DNA from: an uncultured Chloroflexia bacterium
GTDB lineage: Bacteria > Chloroflexota > Limnocylindria > Limnocylindrales > CSP1-4
Direction: 5' to 3'
NCBI GenBank assembly: GCA_963748625.1
Contig: CAVVJT010000007.1
Coordinates: forward strand, 896,001-960,000
Length of the DNA: 64,000 nt
The stretch's first letter is position 1, and each line of letters opens with the position of its first letter. The notes under the pieces were generated by a model. The model searched no databases and was not told the DNA's origin. It was given only the letters and a program-made list of their open reading frames with translations. Of the stretch, positions 1-8,630 are shown piece by piece. The position numbers were made by a program, and so were the translations under genes.

Positions 1-1
1 T

Positions 2-340
2 CCCCGAGCCCTGCTGCGCCGACCGCGGTGCCTGCCCTTCCCCATTCCTCGCCGGCCGCTGCGACGCCGGACGCCGCGCGAGGCGATCGCCTTGGCGCTC
101 CTGCCCGACGGGCGGATCCTGGCTGCGGGCGGCGTGCGGGTGCGAGCATCGGACACCGGAGACGACGAGACGCCGGTCAAGCTGACCGAGATGTATGACC
201 CGGCGACCGACACCTGGTCCAGGGGGCCGAACCTGCGCGAGCCGGGCGGCAGTGCGATCGCGGTCGTCCTTGCCGATGGCGACGTGCTGCTCCTGGGCGG
301 CTCGCTCACGGCGCCGGAGCGCCTGACCTTCGGCCCATGA
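2..340 (+). CDS. Kelch/galactose-oxidase-type repeat protein, C-terminal part (truncated at window edge)
   Basis: Kelch-like motifs LLPDGRILAAGG, EMYDPATDTWS and LADGDVLLLGG; frame is open to the window start. Confidence 0.7.
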   Translation, partial: PRALLRRPRCLPFPIPRRPLRRRTPREAIALALLPDGRILAAGGVRVRASDTGDDETPVKLTEMYDPATDTWSRGPNLREPGGSAIAVVLADGDVLLLGGSLTAPERLTFGP

Positions 341-447
341 GCGCAGGGAGCGCCAACCCTCCACTGCCTCCGACACTGTGAGGTCCCAATAGCACTGGTC
401 ATTGATCACATCCCACCCGACGATCTGGCCGATCAGAGGTACCTGAA

Positions 448-1845
448 ATGTCCACGATGCATCTGCTGGGCGGCGTCATCGCGCTGGTGCTCCTCGGGGC
501 CTGCTCGGCGGGCGAGCCGGTCGCATCGGGTGCCACGCCAGCACCTGGCGACACATCGCCCGCAGGACTGAGGACGGATGCGGCGGCGACCGACGTCGAC
601 CCGACGGCCGTCGGGTCGACCGCCGTCGGGTCGACCACGCCATCAGCCACGGCCGGCCCAGCGTCGTCGGAGCCTGCTGCGCCACCGTCGCCGGCCGACT
701 CCCCTGCGGAACCGCTCACGTGGACGAAGGCGGGGCGGCTCGACGTCGGTGACGGCGAGTTTCTCGGGCTGGCCCGCGTCGGCAGCGCTTACGTGGCATG
801 GGGGCATGCCTATCCCGACGACGCGGCCCGCGACGAGGGCCAGTGGGTACTGGCGACGTGGGCCTCCCTCGACCTTGATACATGGACCCAGACCCTGCAC
901 CGGGCCCCGGTCCGCGCCTGTGAAGGATGGGCTCCGGGCCTGGAGATGGAGAGTGAGTCCGTCTCCAGCGACGGAACGACGTTTGTGCTCGTGGCGTCCC
1001 AGGCAGCCCCGGACCCCGCGGTCGAGGACGGCTGCAACCGGCGTGAGGTCATCGCCCTGTCCACCGGCGATGGGTACACCTGGACCCGCTCGGTGCCGTT
1101 GCTGGCGTCGGACGGGACCTCCACCGGGTCGGCGTTGGGGCCATGGCGGGTACCCGGCGGCTGGGAGACGCATGCCGGGCCGCTCGAGGAGGCCGGGGCG
1201 TCCGTCTGGCAGAGCGCGGACTTGGTGACCTGGCAGCAGACGGGGGTCATCAAGGACCAGTGGGGACAGGGTGTCGCCGCGGTCGACGACGATGGCACCC
1301 GCCTGAGCTTCCGGTCGCGGGACGCGGGGGAGGCGCTGATCGCGTCCTCCGATGGTGTCCAGTGGCGGACGATCCGCACCCTCCCGTCGTCGTATGTTGG
1401 GGCCGGAGTCTTCGAGCCCGTGGCCGCCGACCAGCGATGGCTGGTGGTGCTGGCCCCGACAACTACAGGGAAGGCCCGGCTCCTGTTCTCGGAGGATCTC
1501 GAGACCTGGGAGCGGATCAACTTCCCGCGGGCTGGCATCGACTCCCTCCTCCGCACGCCCGCCGGCTGGATCGCCACCGGCTACACCCCGGAACCGCCCA
1601 GCGCCTGCGAGGGGGAGGGCGACGAGATGATCTGCCCCATGGAAGGTCCACCGGTCTACCTCGACCCCGCCGTGTACACCTCCGTGGACGGCCGGGTCTG
1701 GGTGGAGCGACCGGACTCGATGCTGCCGACGGGGCGGATGCCGGTCCTCGTGGACGACGGTTCATCAGTCCTGGGGCTCGCCGCCCAGGCGGGCGCAACC
1801 GGGCGGGTCGCCATCTGGCGGCTGGGGCCCATCCCTGGCGACTGA
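448..1845 (+). CDS. Lipoprotein with Pro/Thr/Ser linker and Asp-box (BNR)-like beta-propeller
   Basis: Lipobox LLGAC; repeated S-x-DG-x-x-W motifs (STGDGYTW, SSDGVQW, TSVDGRVW); GAGG RBS. Confidence 0.75.
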   Translation: MSTMHLLGGVIALVLLGACSAGEPVASGATPAPGDTSPAGLRTDAAATDVDPTAVGSTAVGSTTPSATAGPASSEPAAPPSPADSPAEPLTWTKAGRLDVGDGEFLGLARVGSAYVAWGHAYPDDAARDEGQWVLATWASLDLDTWTQTLHRAPVRACEGWAPGLEMESESVSSDGTTFVLVASQAAPDPAVEDGCNRREVIALSTGDGYTWTRSVPLLASDGTSTGSALGPWRVPGGWETHAGPLEEAGASVWQSADLVTWQQTGVIKDQWGQGVAAVDDDGTRLSFRSRDAGEALIASSDGVQWRTIRTLPSSYVGAGVFEPVAADQRWLVVLAPTTTGKARLLFSEDLETWERINFPRAGIDSLLRTPAGWIATGYTPEPPSACEGEGDEMICPMEGPPVYLDPAVYTSVDGRVWVERPDSMLPTGRMPVLVDDGSSVLGLAAQAGATGRVAIWRLGPIPGD

Positions 1846-1950
1846 GCGGCTTCCGGGCCCAGCCAGCTGACAGGTTGCGTGATCTGAGCCGAAATGCCTC
1901 TCGCTTGCGGCCCGGTAGCCGCCCAAGGTGACGCGTGGCGGGAGGTCCGC

Positions 1951-1976
1951 TGCAACAGGTCGCGGGCTCGCGCGTC
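1951..1976 (+). promoter_or_regulatory. Putative ECF sigma promoter TGCAAC-N16-CGTC
   Basis: Matches the ECF -35 AAC / -10 CGT consensus; a near-identical site lies on the minus strand at 4886-4912. Confidence 0.5.
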
Positions 1977-2064
1977 AACGTGTCGCCAGTCGAGCCATCA
2001 CAACGTCACTCGTAAGGCCGATCCGTGGATGGCGTCCCACCTGGACACAGAAGGGGTCATCCCG

Positions 2065-2601
2065 GTGGAGACGACCGAACCGCTCGCGAATGGATCGTCC
2101 CATGGCTGGGCTCGGATCGCCGCGGCCGGCCTGCTCGGGGCGCTCGGCGTCGCCAGCGTCCTGATCGGGGTCGGCCTGCGCGGGGACAACTCCGGGTACG
2201 GAATGCAGCTCTCCTTCGCCCGCATAGGCTGGCTGGCAACGTGCTCGCTCGCGGCCGTCATGATCCGATCCGACTGGCGAGGGCTCCTCGCAGCGTGGGT
2301 CGGGGCGCTCATCGCCCTGATGCCAGTCATACCGCTGAGCTTGAGCCACTCTTCCACGACGGCCGGCAACGCCTTCTGGATCGGCGCCTCGTACCTCCTG
2401 ATGGCCGTGTACGCCGCCGGGGCGCTCCTCCTGGCCAGTGGCGTGACCCGGGTCGTCAAGGCCGTCCTCTCGCCGATATGGGCCCGCCGGGTGCTGTTGA
2501 GCCTGCTGGGCGGCTTGATCGTGGTGACGGTGACGCTGCTGGTCCTCCCACCCGGCCCAGACACGGGGCCCCAGCCGGCGCCAACTGCCCCGTCGGGCTG
2601 A
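2065..2601 (+). CDS. Hypothetical integral membrane protein (about 5 TM)
   Basis: Multiple hydrophobic helices; GTG start after AGAAGGGG RBS (ATG 2029 is an alternative). Confidence 0.6.
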   Translation: METTEPLANGSSHGWARIAAAGLLGALGVASVLIGVGLRGDNSGYGMQLSFARIGWLATCSLAAVMIRSDWRGLLAAWVGALIALMPVIPLSLSHSSTTAGNAFWIGASYLLMAVYAAGALLLASGVTRVVKAVLSPIWARRVLLSLLGGLIVVTVTLLVLPPGPDTGPQPAPTAPSG

Positions 2602-2624
2602 GCGGCGGCGCCGCCACCGGCTCG

Positions 2625-3146
2625 TCAACGGAGGGCGTCGGCCGCCGTCAGCAGCTCGGCCTCCGTCACGCCCGGGCCGCTCAGCGTCACCCCGTGGATC
2701 ATGCACCCGAGGCCGCCGTCGTCCCACCAGACCGAGAGCGACCCCGGCTCGGGCCAGTCCGATCCGGCGACCCGGGCGCTCCTCCCGCGGGTGCTCGCGT
2801 GGTGGCCCCACTCGCCGTCAAGTGCGCTCACGAGGGACACATCCAGCCTGCGCCGCGGCGCGGACGGCGTGGCGACCCGCTCCCAGGTCACCTGGGAACC
2901 CCAGATCGCCCCGGGGCCATTGAGTCCACCGGCCAGGGACCCCGACATGCTCCATTCGGGACCCACCGATCGGATGGCGGGCGCGGGACAGGCCTTCGTG
3001 ATCTCGGGCCCGAGCACGGTCAAGCCCACCGACACACCGAGGACGACCACCGCCGCGAGTCCGGCGGCCAGGTCCGTGTGGCACAGGAGGCGGACGCTGC
3101 CGTCGGGGGCGACGAGCGGCAGTTGCGACGACGGCGATGTCCCCAT
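2625..3146 (-). CDS. Hypothetical membrane-anchored protein, possibly a 5'-truncated remnant
   Basis: One TM segment followed by a globular domain ending GVTEAELLTAADALR; start uncertain. Confidence 0.35.
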   Translation of the reverse strand: MGTSPSSQLPLVAPDGSVRLLCHTDLAAGLAAVVVLGVSVGLTVLGPEITKACPAPAIRSVGPEWSMSGSLAGGLNGPGAIWGSQVTWERVATPSAPRRRLDVSLVSALDGEWGHHASTRGRSARVAGSDWPEPGSLSVWWDDGGLGCMIHGVTLSGPGVTEAELLTAADALR

Positions 3147-3337
3147 CTGGGCTGTCGTGGTGGCGGGCGCAGACGGGACGGTCTACGCGACGGCGATCGA
3201 GTCCGGTGGGCACACGTCAACGACCATGCTTCTCGCGATCGCGCGGGACAGTGAGGCGGCCTGACGGTCGACCATCGTCGGCAGATGAACTGGTCGCCTC
3301 GGGCGGCGGCGCCGGGGCGGCGGCGCCCATCGGTTGA

Positions 3338-4753
3338 CTACCGGCCCTGGTCCAGGATCGCCTGGAAGTCGGTCGCCCAGAGGCCCGCTGACCCGGCGAC
3401 GTCCTGCTGTGTCCCGAACATGAGCAACTGACCCTGATGAACGACGATCGGGCCGACGCTCGGGGGTGCGGATCCGGGGCCAGCCAGCGCATCGGGAATC
3501 TCGGCGGCGATCGCCCAGGTGGCTCCGGTCGGTGACGTCCACACCACTCGACGGGCCGTGGGCAGTCCCGGGGCGTTGGCGGCGGATCCAAGGTCGAACG
3601 ACCCGCCGGCGGCGACGAAGCCTCGATCGGTGCCGATCAGCCCGCCGATGCGCAGTGTCGTCATCGCGGGCTCGCCCGACGTCGGCGGGGACGCACTCGG
3701 CAGCGGCGCCACGACCCCACTCGAGTCCTGGCGTTGCCAGGTGACGCCGTCCTGCGAGGTCCATACACTGGGCTCGGTGCCCGCAAACGCGTGCGACCTC
3801 CCCCCGAACGCGACAAGGTGCTGCCCGGCAGCGGCCAGCACCGGCGACGACCCGACATCGTGGAGGTCCTTCGTATCGGGAGCGGCCGTCCACGTCCGGC
3901 CATCCGCCGATGTCCAGAAGAGCGCCCGTGCATCCCCGTCCTCGCCCGGCGCCCAGCCGGAGGCGACATAGCCGGAGCCGAACGGGACCACGGATCCTGC
4001 CGAGTCGCCGCCCATGTCCGCCTGGCTGCGCGTCCAGGTCAACCCGTCGGCCGAATGCCAGGCCGCTGCCCGGCTGCCGCGTCGCCCTACCTCCGAGCCC
4101 ACGACGACGAACCCTCCAGGCCCGGCGGCGATGTCGTCAAGCGCTCCGGGTTCGCGTCCGGCGGAACCGGCGAACGCCGAGGCCGGGAGTGCCTGCCACG
4201 TCCGGCCGTCCACGGACGTCCAGGCAGCGGGCCGGCTCACGCCGTCCTCCACGCTCCCCACCGCGACCAGCCGGCCGGGCCCGGCGGCCACCGCTGCGAT
4301 GACGCCCGCCGGCCGGGTCACCTCCGCCGGTTCCCACGAGCGCCCATCGGGCGATGTCCAAATCCCGGCGATGTCGCCGGCCTCGACGGTCATCCCTGCG
4401 GTCCCCACGGCCACCAGGAGGTCCCCGGTGGAGACCAGGTCACTGACCCGGTGGGGCCCCAGACGGACGTCCCAGGTGATCTGATCCGGCGTCTGGCTGG
4501 CGGCCGGCCCACTGGTTGCCACCAGGGTCGGCGCCACCGACGCCAACGGAGTGGGCACCGCGGTCGGCTCGACGTTCGGAACTGCGGACAGCTCGACGGT
4601 CGCCATCGTCTCACCGCCGCCGGTCGCCGTGGTTGGTGCCGCACCGCCGCATGCCGCCAGCGCCATGGTCGCGATGGCACCCGCGAGCAGCACAACGAGC
4701 AGGTGCGTCAGGCGCGCCTCCCCAGCATTCGCCGCGACCAACGGAGCGCGCAT
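3338..4753 (-). CDS. Lipoprotein with WTSxDGxxW (Asp-box) repeats, beta-propeller
   Basis: Lipobox LAAC; about 6 W-x-S-x-DG-x-x-W repeats; ATG 4753 with GGAGG RBS. Confidence 0.8.
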   Translation of the reverse strand: MRAPLVAANAGEARLTHLLVVLLAGAIATMALAACGGAAPTTATGGGETMATVELSAVPNVEPTAVPTPLASVAPTLVATSGPAASQTPDQITWDVRLGPHRVSDLVSTGDLLVAVGTAGMTVEAGDIAGIWTSPDGRSWEPAEVTRPAGVIAAVAAGPGRLVAVGSVEDGVSRPAAWTSVDGRTWQALPASAFAGSAGREPGALDDIAAGPGGFVVVGSEVGRRGSRAAAWHSADGLTWTRSQADMGGDSAGSVVPFGSGYVASGWAPGEDGDARALFWTSADGRTWTAAPDTKDLHDVGSSPVLAAAGQHLVAFGGRSHAFAGTEPSVWTSQDGVTWQRQDSSGVVAPLPSASPPTSGEPAMTTLRIGGLIGTDRGFVAAGGSFDLGSAANAPGLPTARRVVWTSPTGATWAIAAEIPDALAGPGSAPPSVGPIVVHQGQLLMFGTQQDVAGSAGLWATDFQAILDQGR

Positions 4754-4885
4754 GGTCGTCCTCCAGGCTCCTGGCGGCACGATGTCGTGCAGCGGATCAC
4801 ATGTCGAACTGTCGTCCCTGACGTCCGCCACGGTCACTGTGGGTCCGGGTAACTGGAAAGGGAAAGAGGCGTCAGGCCCATGGGA

Positions 4886-4912
4886 GACGCCGGGCAGCGT
4901 GCCCCTGTTGCA
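4886..4912 (-). promoter_or_regulatory. Putative ECF sigma promoter TGCAAC-N17-CGTC
   Basis: Shares CCGCTGCAACAGG with the site at 1947-1959; upstream of the 4753 lipoprotein gene. Confidence 0.45.
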
Positions 4913-5003
4913 GCGGTCGCCGGCTCCGACAGGGTTCCCGGCGCCACGCCGGCGAGCCAACAATGCGCCACGCCCCAACGGGGGCGCCTAGGCCCTACAC
5001 CAA

Positions 5004-5120
5004 GCTCCGACTCGGGTGGGAGTCACCCAACGCCCCGACGTGCACGACCCGTGCACCCAACCCGGGGTAGACGACACGTGCCCCGCACGAGGGACCCGCT
5101 CCTGACTCGGGGTGGAGTCA
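5004..5120. repeat. Two copies of a palindromic GACTC-N6-GAGTCA motif (5004-5025, 5098-5120) plus a degenerate middle copy
   Basis: gctccgactcgggtgggagtca versus gctcctgactcggggtggagtca, in intergenic DNA. Confidence 0.5.
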
Positions 5121-5268
5121 AGGGCCCGGGACCGGCATGTGGCTGACGCGGCGCGCAGTCCCCGATGGTCGCCAAGCCGCTCGAGGAGGCCGTGGGCACA
5201 GACCTGCGCATCCGGCTTCCCCGCTGAGCTGGCCCCGGAGTGACGAGGGCCGGCAGGCCGAGCCTTCG

Positions 5269-6609
5269 TCAGACCCCGCTGTCGGCATAGTCGGGCAGGT
5301 CCTCGGGCGCCCAGGTGCGCGGCTCGTCGTCCACGCGGCGCAGGACCACGAACGCGATGACCACCCACAGCAGCAGGAACACCACGCCCGCCGGTTGTCC
5401 CCAGCCCAACGTGTGCACGGTGATCGCCCACATCGCGGGCCCGACGATCGCCCCGAACCGGCCCACCATCGAGTACAGCCCGAAGAACTGGCCGTAGTAG
5501 CGCGGCGGGGCAAGCCGGGCCATCAGCGGCCGGTCCGATGCCCAGAGCCCCGCCAGTGCGGCGCCCAACGCCGCGCCCGCGGGATAGATCAGCTCGTACG
5601 GAAGGGCGAAGACCGGGATTGCCGCGACCAGCGCGAAGATCGCCATCCAGAGGACCAGCACGCCGTCGAGGGTCCGCTTGGGGCCCACCCGGTCAACGAC
5701 CCGGCCCCACAGGAGGCCGGCCGGGATCGCCACGACGATGCTGATGATCACCACCAGCCCTGCGTCACTGAGCGCCATGTGGAGTGACGTGGTCGCGTAC
5801 ACCACCACCATGACGATGAGGGTGTTGGCGGCATCGGCGTAGAGCATGCGCCCGAGCAGGAACGGGAGGAGTCCCCGATAGCGGCGTGCGTGGCGCGCCG
5901 TGGCGGCCAACTGCGAGAAGGCCATGGGCGCCACCCGCCAGGTGAGCGGAGGCACCACTCGGGGCCGTTCTCCGACGAACAGGAAGGCCGGGACCGCGAA
6001 TACCAGGAAGCCGAGGGCGATGCCGCGGAATACGGCAGCGAAGTCGTCGAGCCCCGGCGCCTTGGGCAGGAGCACCATGCCGATGATGTACGCCAGGAGA
6101 GAGCCCACATAGCCCACCCCGACACCGATGCCGCCGATGCGTCCGCGGTTCTCGTCGGTGCTGACCTCCGGCAGGAGTGAGTCGTAGAAGACCAGGCCTG
6201 CCTGGAAGCAGACGACCGCGACCACGAACAGCAGGAACGAGAGAGCCTCGGAGGCCTGGACGAGGAGGAACGTCGCGGCGACACACAGGACGGTGGAGAC
6301 CGCGAGGAACGGGAGCCTGCGAGCGGCCTGGTCGCTGATCGCGCCCAGCACGGGGGCCATCACGAACACGATGGCCGCCGCCAGCGCTGCAAGCGAGCCG
6401 GTGACACCATCGACCTGGCCAGGCTTTGTGTACCCGAACACGTCCCGGACCAGTGTCGGGAAGTAGAGCGTGACGACCCCCAGGCTGAAGCAGGTGTTGG
6501 CGAGGTCGTAGAGCACCCAGCTCGCGACGCTCCGGCGCGGGATGGCGCGCGAGGACGACGGGGCGGTCACGCCGGGGGCGGCGATGGCGAGGGGTGATTG
6601 GGCGGCCAT
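5269..6609 (-). CDS. MFS transporter, UMF1/Atg22 family
   Basis: About 12 TM; SWVLYDLAN, FYDSLLPEV and GQFFGLYS motifs. Confidence 0.88.
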   Translation of the reverse strand: MAAQSPLAIAAPGVTAPSSSRAIPRRSVASWVLYDLANTCFSLGVVTLYFPTLVRDVFGYTKPGQVDGVTGSLAALAAAIVFVMAPVLGAISDQAARRLPFLAVSTVLCVAATFLLVQASEALSFLLFVVAVVCFQAGLVFYDSLLPEVSTDENRGRIGGIGVGVGYVGSLLAYIIGMVLLPKAPGLDDFAAVFRGIALGFLVFAVPAFLFVGERPRVVPPLTWRVAPMAFSQLAATARHARRYRGLLPFLLGRMLYADAANTLIVMVVVYATTSLHMALSDAGLVVIISIVVAIPAGLLWGRVVDRVGPKRTLDGVLVLWMAIFALVAAIPVFALPYELIYPAGAALGAALAGLWASDRPLMARLAPPRYYGQFFGLYSMVGRFGAIVGPAMWAITVHTLGWGQPAGVVFLLLWVVIAFVVLRRVDDEPRTWAPEDLPDYADSGV

Positions 6610-6611
6610 GG

Positions 6612-7169
6612 TCAGTCAGCTCCCGCCGGCGCCGGGGGCCAGCGTCGCAGGACGGCGAACAGGACGACCACGGTGCCGACGATGCCCAGCCAGTCGATGG
6701 CGTACCAGGCACCGTTCGCTATGGCCGCCGCGAGGGCGGATAGGTGCAGGAACAGCAGCCCGTATGCCGACAGGAGGACCGCGGCGATACGGGCCCAGCC
6801 ATACAGACGGTGGACGCCGATCCCCGTCGCGATGCTCAGCACCCCGACGATGGTGTGCGATGAGATGCCGAAGCCGAGGAACCTCCACACGGCGCCGCCC
6901 GTCAGGAACGGCGCATAGACGATCCCCATCCCGCCAGAGACGACCAGGACGACTGCTGCCGCGGTCACCCACCGGCTGCGGGGCCGGTCCGGGGGCTTCG
7001 TCGTGGAGTGCGCCGACCTCACGCGCCTGCCCCGCCGCGCCGTGTTCACGCGCCTGCCCCGCCGTGTCGAGGCCGGGGTCGGCGGATCGCCAGGTGCTGT
7101 GACATGGACGATCCCGGGGCACCCGGCCAAGCCGCCGGCAATCCATTCCGAGACCTTCGACATCCGCAT
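6612..7169 (-). CDS. Hypothetical 4-TM membrane protein (true start probably a GTG near 7022-7049)
   Basis: Four hydrophobic helices; stop lies just before the MFS start. Confidence 0.55.
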   Translation of the reverse strand: MRMSKVSEWIAGGLAGCPGIVHVTAPGDPPTPASTRRGRRVNTARRGRRVRSAHSTTKPPDRPRSRWVTAAAVVLVVSGGMGIVYAPFLTGGAVWRFLGFGISSHTIVGVLSIATGIGVHRLYGWARIAAVLLSAYGLLFLHLSALAAAIANGAWYAIDWLGIVGTVVVLFAVLRRWPPAPAGAD

Positions 7170-7482
7170 CTCGGGCTACCTCACACGGGACGCGTGGTCG
7201 GTCTGCCTTGCTGGTGGCCCGGTTCGGGACCGGGCGACGACGGGTCGACTGGGCCGCATGCAGCAGCCTGCCACACGATAGGACGACGGGGCGCCACCTT
7301 CGTTACTGGAGTTCGCCATCCGCGGCACCTGAACGGTACGAATGCCTCTCGTCGCGGTCGCCGGCGGTGACTACGATCACGGATCGGTGGGAGGCTCCGA
7401 CACGCGGTCACCTGCACCGGCCGCCCCGACCGCGCCGAGCCACTGGCGAGACCGGCCCGCCTGGCGTCCCGGAGGTGCGGAC

Positions 7483-7962
7483 ATGGCCCAAGCGGCTATC
7501 CCCGTCAAGGGGACCTCACAGCTCCACCTCGGGTGGCTCGGACTCGGGGCGATCGTCCTCGCCGTCGCGCTCGGCGCGGGCCTCATCGGCTACTTCGCTG
7601 GGACCCGGCAGCCGGCCGCATCCAGCGCTGACCAGGCATTCTCCGACCAGGCCGCAGCCGCCTGGAGCGGCACGTACGACCCGGCGAAGATCGCCGCCGT
7701 GTACGCGGCGGACGCGGTCTTCATGGACAACGTCGCAGGTGAGACGAGCACAGGGCTTGAAGCCATCCAGGCGAAGGCTTCCAACTACCTCACCAACTAC
7801 CAATTCGTCGTCGAAGTCGTGGCAGCGCCAGTCAGGCACGGCGACACGATCGTGTCGATCGTGCGCTACGGCACCGACAATACCGCCTCGAACACGGCGC
7901 TCGGGGTCATGCAGCTCAAGGACGGCAAGATCATCAGGCACAAGCTGTACGCATTCCCGTGA
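7483..7962 (+). CDS. Membrane-anchored SnoaL/NTF2-like protein
   Basis: GGAGG RBS; N-terminal TM; YAADAVFMD and LKDGKIIRH motifs typical of the NTF2 fold. Confidence 0.75.
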   Translation: MAQAAIPVKGTSQLHLGWLGLGAIVLAVALGAGLIGYFAGTRQPAASSADQAFSDQAAAAWSGTYDPAKIAAVYAADAVFMDNVAGETSTGLEAIQAKASNYLTNYQFVVEVVAAPVRHGDTIVSIVRYGTDNTASNTALGVMQLKDGKIIRHKLYAFP

Positions 7963-8054
7963 CGCACGAGCCGGTCAGACAGATGTGACCGCGGGGACCG
8001 AGTCCAACTGCACCGGCCTGTGTGACAAACGGTCGCCGGGTTCGTCTTAGCAGC

Positions 8055-8630
8055 ATGAACAGGCTGTCCGAGCCGACCGTGCCGGAGCAGGCAGCTCCCA
8101 TTGCGGAGCCGCTGCACCGCCACGTTGCCGTTGACGAGGCGGAGCTGGGCGAGTTGTACCTGACCTATCGCGGCGAGATCCTCGCCTTCCTGCTCCCCAT
8201 GACCCGCGACCGCGAGATCGCGGAGGATGTCCTCCAGGACACCTTCATCCGCCTCATCCACGAGGCCCGCGCGGGCCGGATGCCGGACAAGGTCCGGCCC
8301 TGGCTGTACCGGGTGGCGGCCAACGTCGCGATCTCCCGTGGGCGGCGGGTGACGAGCTGGCTCCGACTGCTGCCGAGGCTGCCGGACCGAGGCGAGCCGC
8401 AGCTTCCCGACGCCGAGCTCCTCGACCGGGAACGGGACGAGGAGCTGCACGCCGCTCTCGGCCGGCTTCGGCCGGACGCGCGGGCGGCGCTCCTGCTTGC
8501 AGCGCACGGGCTCAGCGGCCACGAGATCGCCGTCTCGATCGGCAAGTCCGACACGGCGACCCGCACGATGCTCTACCGGTCACGAATCGAGCTCCGACGC
8601 ATCATCGAAGCCGCGGGAGTCCAGCAATGA
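8055..8630 (+). CDS. ECF RNA polymerase sigma factor
   Basis: Region 2 AEDVLQDTF...WLYRVAAN; region 4 LSGHEIAVSIG...RTMLYRSR. Confidence 0.92.
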   Translation: MNRLSEPTVPEQAAPIAEPLHRHVAVDEAELGELYLTYRGEILAFLLPMTRDREIAEDVLQDTFIRLIHEARAGRMPDKVRPWLYRVAANVAISRGRRVTSWLRLLPRLPDRGEPQLPDAELLDRERDEELHAALGRLRPDARAALLLAAHGLSGHEIAVSIGKSDTATRTMLYRSRIELRRIIEAAGVQQ

